Positions 59,160 to 64,000 of a stretch of DNA of 64,000 nt are shown here, piece by piece. The stretch comes from Christensenellales bacterium (GTDB lineage Bacteria; Bacillota; Clostridia; Christensenellales; UBA1242), in contig JBJFDL010000002.1 of NCBI GenBank assembly GCA_051889995.1, forward strand, positions 81,051-145,050, given 5' to 3'. The notes below the pieces were generated by a model, which saw nothing but the letters and a program-made list of their open reading frames with translations, searched no databases and was not told the DNA's origin. Position numbers and translations under genes: made by a program. The stretch's first letter is position 1. Each line of letters opens with the position of its first letter.

Positions 59160-59575
59160 GAAAACATAGTTTACTTCTTGTGCTTTACAAAGCCCATTGT
59201 TTTCAAACCATCACAAATTATGTTGTATTGGTCTTTCTGTAACGCCATAATGAAATACTAAATTTCTAATTGAAATCAATTTACAGTCAAGATGTTCTAA
59301 ATATCTAAACAACTTTTTAAGTAGAAAAATTTTTGTGTAAATATATTTAACATTTCCTTCAATGTCTTTATCTTATGTGTCATATAAATTACAAACTAAA
59401 TATTCTTCGTTGTCATCTAAATTAGCAAATCTCTTTTCATAGTCATAATAAAACCTTTGGCCATGCGACCTTTAAAATATTCTTTGTTCCTTTTTTTGAA
59501 GTGTTCAATTTTATCTCGCAATTGCATTTTCTTTAGGTAATTTATATATAACCTTCTTTCATCACAGTATACTTG
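59160..59575 (-). pseudogene. Decayed ORF (possibly GNAT-acetyltransferase-like) with frameshifts and in-frame stops
   Basis: Minus-strand reading gives MKEG../VIYKLPKENAIAR/DKIEHFKKRNKEYFKG/FYYDYEKRFANLDDNEEYLVCNLYDT*DKDIEGNVKYIYTKIFLLKKLFRYLEHLDCKLISIRNLVFHYGVTERPIQHNL*WFENNGLCKAQ across three frames. Confidence 0.4.
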
Positions 59576-59605
59576 CTTTGATTATAACACTTTTTTTATA
59601 AATAA

Positions 59606-59634
59606 TTGACTTTTTAATTATTTTAGACTAAAAT
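59606..59634 (+). promoter_or_regulatory. Sigma-A-type promoter placed for a leaderless ATPase transcript
   Basis: TTGACT (59606-59611), 17 nt, TAAAAT (59629-59634), 6 nt, ATG (59641). No SD. Confidence 0.55.
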
Positions 59635-59640
59635 AAAATA

Positions 59641-60366
59641 ATGACACAAACAATTTTAAAAAATTTATTTGTTGAAAGCAAGAATATTAATAAATATCCT
59701 TTTAATTTACCTATTTTCAAACACGATTTGAATATAAATTTTTCTAAGCCAGTAACTTTTTTGGTAGGAGAAAATGGCTCGGGTAAAAGTACACTACTTG
59801 AAAATCTTGCAAATTGTCTTGATTTTAATGTGTTAGGTGGAAATAAAAATCATATTTTAAATTCTAGTGAAAATCTAGATAATTTAGAGATTTCTAATTA
59901 TATGAAACTTAGTTTCTTTTATAGGATTTCTAAAGGTTTTTTCTTTAGAGCTGAAAGTTTTTTTGAGTTTGCGCAATATATTGATTATCTAGCAAAAGAT
60001 GATAGATCAATTTACTTTGGATATGGTGGAAAATCTTTACAAAAAAGATCACATGGGGAATCTTTTATTGAATTGTTTGGAAAATTTAAAGATGGAATTT
60101 TTATTTTAGACGAACCAGAAGCAGCTTTATCACCGGAAAGACAATTGACGCTTATGGCTATGATAGAAGAAAAAATTAAAAAATATAATTGTCAATTTAT
60201 AATTGCCACACATTCGCCGATATTAATAACTTTACCTAGTGCTGAAATCTTCGAAATTGATGAAAATGGTGAAATTTGCAAAAAAAGATATGATCAAACT
60301 AAACAATTTGATTGGTATAAACGGTTTATTTCTAATCCTCAAAAATATCTAAATTATTTATTGTAG
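59641..60366 (+). CDS. Stand-alone ABC/AAA_21-type ATPase
   Basis: LVGENGSGKSTLLE (Walker A), ILDEPEAALSP (Walker B), IATHSP (H-loop). 241 aa. Confidence 0.75.
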   Translation: MTQTILKNLFVESKNINKYPFNLPIFKHDLNINFSKPVTFLVGENGSGKSTLLENLANCLDFNVLGGNKNHILNSSENLDNLEISNYMKLSFFYRISKGFFFRAESFFEFAQYIDYLAKDDRSIYFGYGGKSLQKRSHGESFIELFGKFKDGIFILDEPEAALSPERQLTLMAMIEEKIKKYNCQFIIATHSPILITLPSAEIFEIDENGEICKKRYDQTKQFDWYKRFISNPQKYLNYLL

Positions 60367-60378
60367 GATAATTAGAAT

Positions 60379-60741
60379 ATGTATTTCAATTTTAATGAAA
60401 ATGTTGACTTAGTTTATGGAAAGTATCGATCTACGATTATTAATGTTAAAAAAAAATCTATTTGGATGATTAATAATAAATTCTATAGAATTTTAAAACT
60501 GTTAAAAGATGGTAATTGTATTGAAAAAATTACCACAAACACTAAAATTATTATTGAAAAATTAAAAATATTAGAATCAAATTTTCTTGGTAAAATTTCT
60601 GAACAATATATAAACAATAATAAAAACAAATACGATTTATGGAATATAAATATGGTTTGGTTACCATTAACTAATTCTTGCAACTGTTTGTGCTGTTTTG
60701 TTTGCATTAATTATTTTTTTGTGTTACGATGCAAAAGTTGA
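60379..60741 (+). pseudogene. 5' fragment of a radical SAM/SPASM-type peptide maturase (RRE-like N-domain), truncated at the repeat array
   Basis: The N-terminal about 100 aa resemble a PqqD/RRE-like domain (YRILKLLKDGNCIEKI). LPLTNSCNCLCCFVC is a garbled CxxxCxxC site. The ORF then ends where the 130-bp repeats begin. Confidence 0.5.
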
Positions 60742-61198
60742 TACGAGTGACAAACAAATTAAAAAACAGTCCATTAGCGACTGTTTTAGTTTGGCAGGCG
60801 AAGTAGGATGTTTGCACGAACCCACTGGCTTGTCGTGGGAAAACGAAGTTTTAATGCGCAGCAAACGAGTCTACGAGCGACAAACAAATTAAAAAACAGT
60901 CTATTAGCGACTGTTTTAGTTTGGCAGGCGAAGTAGGATGTTTGCACGAACCCACCGACTTGTCGTGGGAAAACGAAGTTTTAATGCGCAGCATACGAGT
61001 CTACGAGCGACAAACAAATTAAAAAACAGTCCATTAGCGACTGTTTTAGTTTGGCAGGCGAAGTAGGATGTTTGCACGAACCCACCGACTTGTCGTGGGA
61101 AAACGAAGTTTTAATGCGCAGCATACGAGTCTACGAGCGACAAACAAATTAAAAAACAGTCCATTAGCGACTGTTTTAGTTTGGCAGGCGAAGTAGGA
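60741..61198. repeat. Tandem array, 3 full 130-bp units plus partial units, each with a pseudo-tRNA-Trp 3' fragment and a terminator hairpin
   Basis: Units start at 60749, 60879 and 61009, with a partial unit at 61139 running into the genuine tRNA. Only 3-4 mismatches between units. Each contains TGGCAGGCGAAGTAGGA (the tRNA 3' 17-mer) and AACAGTC-n7-GACTGTT. Confidence 0.9.
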
Positions 61199-61257
61199 CT
61201 CGAACCCACGACCAACGGTTTTGGAGACCGCGACTCTACCAACTGAGCTATTCGCCT
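61182..61257 (-). tRNA. tRNA-Trp (anticodon CCA), CCA encoded
   Basis: Reverse complement AGGCGAATAGCTCAGTTGGTAGAGTCGCGGTCTCCAAAACCGTTGGTCGTGGGTTCGAGTCCTACTTCGCCTGCCA folds as a cloverleaf with anticodon loop CTCCAAA. Confidence 0.92.
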
Positions 61258-61310
61258 ATATATCTATTAAGTTTTACATTGTGCTATTAACGTTCTTTCG
61301 TTTGGTAGAC
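61239..61310. repeat. 72-bp direct repeat, copy 1 (tRNA-Trp 5' 19 nt plus 53 nt of upstream leader)
   Basis: Identical to 61427-61498 except for one base (G/A at 61292 vs 61480). Confidence 0.9.
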
Positions 61311-61426
61311 CCAAGGTCTTCCTCTTGTTTTAATCTCGTCTTTGTCTTGCCATTCCAAATACTCGTTAAAAGCAAGAACTTCCGTTTCGCTTCTTCTCAC
61401 TCCCCTGTGAGCGCTCAACTCTAGTT

Positions 61427-61498
61427 CCAACTGAGCTATTCGCCTATATATCTATTAAGTTTTACATTGTGCTATTAACATTCTTTCGTTTGGTAGAC
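61427..61498. repeat. 72-bp direct repeat, copy 2 (orphan tRNA-Trp 5' fragment plus leader, promoter-proximal)
   Basis: Same 72-mer as 61239-61310. In minus sense it continues AGGCGAATAGCTCAGTTGG-AAC-TAGAGT, then diverges into a 116-nt insert. Confidence 0.9.
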
Positions 61499-61530
61499 AA
61501 AATTTCAAATATTTTATTAATAACAGCATA

Positions 61531-61559
61531 ATTTTAGCATAACTTTATGTGGTTGTCAA
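61531..61559 (-). promoter_or_regulatory. Sigma-A-type promoter upstream of the tRNA-Trp locus
   Basis: TTGACA (61559-61554), 17 nt, TAAAAT (61536-61531). Confidence 0.6.
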
Positions 61560-61581
61560 GAAAATTATTATAATTTAAAAT

Positions 61582-61644
61582 AAAAGCACAAGAACTCATT
61601 TCCGTATTTTTTTAGGAAACGAGTTCACGTTTTTTTGTGCTTTT
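61582..61644. terminator. Long composite hairpin terminator after the dacB-like gene
   Basis: AAAAGCACAA/TTGTGCTTTT outer stem, GAACTC/GAGTTC and TTTCC/GGAAA inner stems, T-rich flanks. Confidence 0.7.
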
Positions 61645-61661
61645 ATATTAATAAGTTATAT

Positions 61662-62831
61662 TTAGTTTGCAATGCTATAATTTTCAATAATCTTATGGAA
61701 GATATCTTTGAATGTCGATTTTTCAACTGATTGTTTTGAAATAATATTTACCTCTCCTAAAACTTCACCATCTTTCACAATATAAACTTTACCTACAATT
61801 TGCTTTTCTTTTATTGGTGCTTCTAAAGTTTCATAATCAAATTTTAGTTTAATATCGCTTGTTTCCCCCCTTCTTTCAAGAGAATAAAAATCAGTTTCAA
61901 AGGCTAAATTAATTTCTTTAGCATTCCCCGATTTAACTTCAAGAGTTTTTGTGATATTTTCATCTTTTGAAATAATTTGTTTGTTTTCAAAATTATTAAA
62001 ACCATAATTTAATAATGTTGTTGTGATTGAAAATCTTTCTTTAGTTGTTTTTGCGCCAATAACAACAGAAACTAAACGCATATTGTTCTTTTTTGATGAT
62101 GCACTTAAACAATATCCCGCCTCATCAGTAAAGCCTGTTTTTCCAATATCGCAACCTTTATATTGTCGTATTAAAATATTTGTGTTCACTAACTCTGTTC
62201 TTCGTCCACTTTCATGTATAATTTCATCTATCCAAATATTTGAATATTTAAAATATAATTCATGTTTAATTTCTTCGGACAAAAGTTTGGCAATATCTTC
62301 TGCACATGAATATTGTTCTTCTTCGCTTGGTAAGCCCGAAGCATTAGCATAATGCGTGTTACTTAATCCTAGTTCATTTGCTCTTTCATTCATCATATTA
62401 ACAAAGCCTTCTTCGCTTGAAGCAATACATTCTGCAAGAGCGACAGATGAATCGTTTGCTGATGCAATGATAACGCTTTTTAATAACTCTTCAACAGTGT
62501 ATTCTTTATTTGCATCTAAAAATGCTTGTGAACCTTCTTGGCTTGCTGCGTGCTCACTTATCACAACCTTTTGGTCTAAGGCTAACTCACCTTTTTCTAT
62601 TTTTTCAATTGTAATTAAACTAGTCATAAGTTTTACCATACTTGCGACTTCCAAATGCTCTTGCTCGTTATGATTTGCTAAAACCTTTTTTGTGTTATAA
62701 TCAACTAGAATGTAAGATTTAGCATCAAGTGATGAAAGTTGATTTTCAGCATAAACATTAATTTGTTCTTTAGGAAAAAATAAGATTGCTGAAGATAAAA
62801 TTAATATTAAACAAACTATAATCTTTTTCAT
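61662..62831 (-). CDS. D-alanyl-D-alanine carboxypeptidase (S11, DacB/DacF-like)
   Basis: Start set at MKKIIVCLILIL (ATG 62831, AGAGGGGAA RBS). SxxK (ASMVKLMT), SxN (IASANDS), KTG (GKTGFT). Confidence 0.85.
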   Translation of the reverse strand: MKKIIVCLILILSSAILFFPKEQINVYAENQLSSLDAKSYILVDYNTKKVLANHNEQEHLEVASMVKLMTSLITIEKIEKGELALDQKVVISEHAASQEGSQAFLDANKEYTVEELLKSVIIASANDSSVALAECIASSEEGFVNMMNERANELGLSNTHYANASGLPSEEEQYSCAEDIAKLLSEEIKHELYFKYSNIWIDEIIHESGRRTELVNTNILIRQYKGCDIGKTGFTDEAGYCLSASSKKNNMRLVSVVIGAKTTKERFSITTTLLNYGFNNFENKQIISKDENITKTLEVKSGNAKEINLAFETDFYSLERRGETSDIKLKFDYETLEAPIKEKQIVGKVYIVKDGEVLGEVNIISKQSVEKSTFKDIFHKIIENYSIAN

Positions 62832-62878
62832 AATTCCCCTCTTATGTTTATTTTTTGAAATAAAAGTAAAATTATTCA

Positions 62879-63481
62879 TCAATAGATTATAATAAATGTA
62901 GAAGTTAAAAATGGCGTTAAAATCATTTCCAAAATTAAAACAATTAATAGTGCACCGAAAACAACGCCGAATGTTATAAGGCTTTTTTGACAATTAGAAA
63001 GATATGAACCATTACATAATGTTAAGTGTCTGCAAAGCATTATTAATGTTAAGAACAATATAAGATAAGCCAAATATAAAATGAGCATTATTAGCGAATA
63101 TAAAATTCCAAAAAATCCAAAGCATATAATTATAACCAACAAATTAAAAAAAATAAAATAACTTAAGTATAACATAAGTCCAAAACATAAAAAACTTAAA
63201 TATTTATTAAAATTTAATAAAAATATTATAATAGATAAAATCAGCATCAAAAAAAATCGTTTAATAAAAAACGAAAAAATCGTTATATCGCACTTTAAAT
63301 ATGAATAAAATGCTTTATCAATTAAATTTGAAATTGTTATATATTTATTAGCGTTTACAACAGTTATAATTGCAATGATTATGCCTAATAAAATTATTGA
63401 CAACATAAAAATTAAAAAAATATTTTGTGAAAATATTTTTGCTTTCAAGTCATCTTTTATTTTTTTAATTTCATTAAACAT
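62879..63481 (-). CDS. Polytopic membrane protein, SpoIIM-like (tentative)
   Basis: 200 aa, about 5 TM. N-terminal IFSQNIFLIFMLSIILLGIIIAIITV and C-terminal LEMILTPFL resemble B. subtilis SpoIIM (LYLFVSVLFLMGVIFGAVIV ... EAYLSPVL). Lies between spo0A and the dacB-like gene. Confidence 0.45.
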   Translation of the reverse strand: MFNEIKKIKDDLKAKIFSQNIFLIFMLSIILLGIIIAIITVVNANKYITISNLIDKAFYSYLKCDITIFSFFIKRFFLMLILSIIIFLLNFNKYLSFLCFGLMLYLSYFIFFNLLVIIICFGFFGILYSLIMLILYLAYLILFLTLIMLCRHLTLCNGSYLSNCQKSLITFGVVFGALLIVLILEMILTPFLTSTFIIIY

Positions 63482-63508
63482 AATATATTATATTGTTAAA
63501 TATAATAA

Positions 63509-64000
63509 TTAATACATTTCTTTAATCTTATCAACACACTGATAAATAAATTCTCTAGAAGATGGAGTTTCAGTGAATTCTTGATTGAAAATTTTATTCC
63601 AATCTTTTTCTTCATGATTTGCATAAGCACATTTTATCGCATTTCTAATATTTCTATCTATATTCACTAGATTAGTTTTAAAACTTGCAGCAACAATAGG
63701 GTAACACTCTTTATTTAAACAATTATGCATTACACTGTTTTCTAAAATTAGCATTATGCTTAATTTAAGATAATCCTTTCCTTTTAATTTTGGAGAAAAA
63801 CCAATATCAAGTAAAAAATCATTTACTGTAGTTTCTAAATTATCATTTAAAGGAAGTTCGTTTTCAAAATTAACTTCTTTTATTTCATTTATATATTTTT
63901 CTAAGACATCAAGTTTGACAACATTTATAACTTTATTGTCACAAATAAAATTATCACTAATAATAACAACCTTGCTTCTGTTCTTAAATATTTCATTAGT
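63509..64000 (-). CDS. spo0A: Sporulation master regulator Spo0A (C-terminal part; N-terminus outside the window)
   Basis: The frame stays open to the window edge. ...LLDIGFSPKLKGKDYLKLSIMLILENSVMHNCLNKECYPIVAASFKTNLVNIDRNIRNAIKCAY... matches the Spo0A_C signature (IGVPAHIKGY.YLR.AI ... LYP.IA..F.TT.SRVERAIRHAIE.AW). Confidence 0.85.
   Translation of the reverse strand, partial: TNEIFKNRSKVVIISDNFICDNKVINVVKLDVLEKYINEIKEVNFENELPLNDNLETTVNDFLLDIGFSPKLKGKDYLKLSIMLILENSVMHNCLNKECYPIVAASFKTNLVNIDRNIRNAIKCAYANHEEKDWNKIFNQEFTETPSSREFIYQCVDKIKEMY

Noticed and set aside
59160-59575. In-frame TGA in the decayed ORF as evidence for TGA=Trp (genetic code 4)
   Set aside because: prfB (RF2) is present and uses TGA in its frameshift site. 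tRNA-Trp has anticodon CCA. TGA clearly terminates genes, for example the ORFs ending at 6873 and 25825. The same region also carries a TAA and frameshifts, so it is a pseudogene.
60698-60892. 64-aa plus-strand ORF, and the ORF at 61221-61424, as coding genes
   Set aside because: They run through the 130-bp tandem repeats and through the tRNA-Trp gene. The repeat period is not a multiple of 3, and no RBS is present.
60741-61198. CRISPR array interpretation of the 130-bp periodic region
   Set aside because: Whole units are near-identical with no variable spacers. The period is far longer than repeat plus spacer. The units contain tRNA-derived sequence and a terminator hairpin. No cas genes are present in the window.
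61311-61426. Group I or II intron, or a second complete tRNA, in the promoter-proximal tRNA-Trp-like copy
   Set aside because: The insert is only about 116 nt. There is no anticodon arm after the D-arm-like part, no T-arm or acceptor 3' strand before the repeat, and no domain-V-like or P7-like elements that I could see.
52626-61500. Calling the accessory block an intact prophage, ICE or integrative element
   Set aside because: No integrase, recombinase, transposase, capsid, terminase or conjugation genes are visible, and no second copy of the tRNA 3' 17-mer was found at the distal end (52.6-52.95 kb). Only an eroded island can be inferred.

Overview
Strongly AT-rich chromosomal segment from a spore-forming low-GC Firmicute (Bacillota), standard genetic code. 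Evidence for the code: prfB is present with a TGA frameshift site, tRNA-Trp has anticodon CCA, and TAA, TAG and TGA all terminate genes. Most genes are on the minus strand and are housekeeping or sporulation genes: prsA-like/mfd/pth, tadA/rlmH, two CPBP proteases, prfB with its programmed +1 frameshift, dnaB(DnaD-type)-dnaI, eno, a gerA-type germinant receptor operon, tyrS, rpmG-secE-nusG-rplK-rplA, cwlD, a short alaS, queH, a lipid kinase, ltaS, and dacB-like/spoIIM-like/spo0A. There are two tRNAs, Thr-GGU and Trp-CCA. The most interesting region is an accessory block at about 52.6-61.5 kb on the 3' side of tRNA-Trp. It holds a tight four-gene operon: an RF1-derived GGQ protein that has lost its stop-codon reader, a HelD/UvrD-like SF1 ATPase, a coiled-coil protein, and a GLUG-repeat membrane protein. 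Next to it are decayed genes, an orphan ATPase with a leaderless-type promoter, a truncated radical-SAM maturase, three tandem 130-bp units that each carry a pseudo-tRNA-Trp 3' fragment plus a terminator, and a 72-bp duplication of the tRNA 5' part flanking a 116-nt unassigned insert. A second uncharacterised cassette lies at 43.2-46.4 kb: membrane coiled-coil protein, metallophosphoesterase, a possibly degenerate paralogue, and a zinc-ribbon protein. Smaller observations are a C-Ala-less AlaRS, a degenerate GlmU-like protein, paralogous covarying hairpins ahead of rplK and rplA, a compact T-box-like tyrS leader, and an unlisted YjzC-family small ORF. All calls come from motif reading by eye; no database search was possible.
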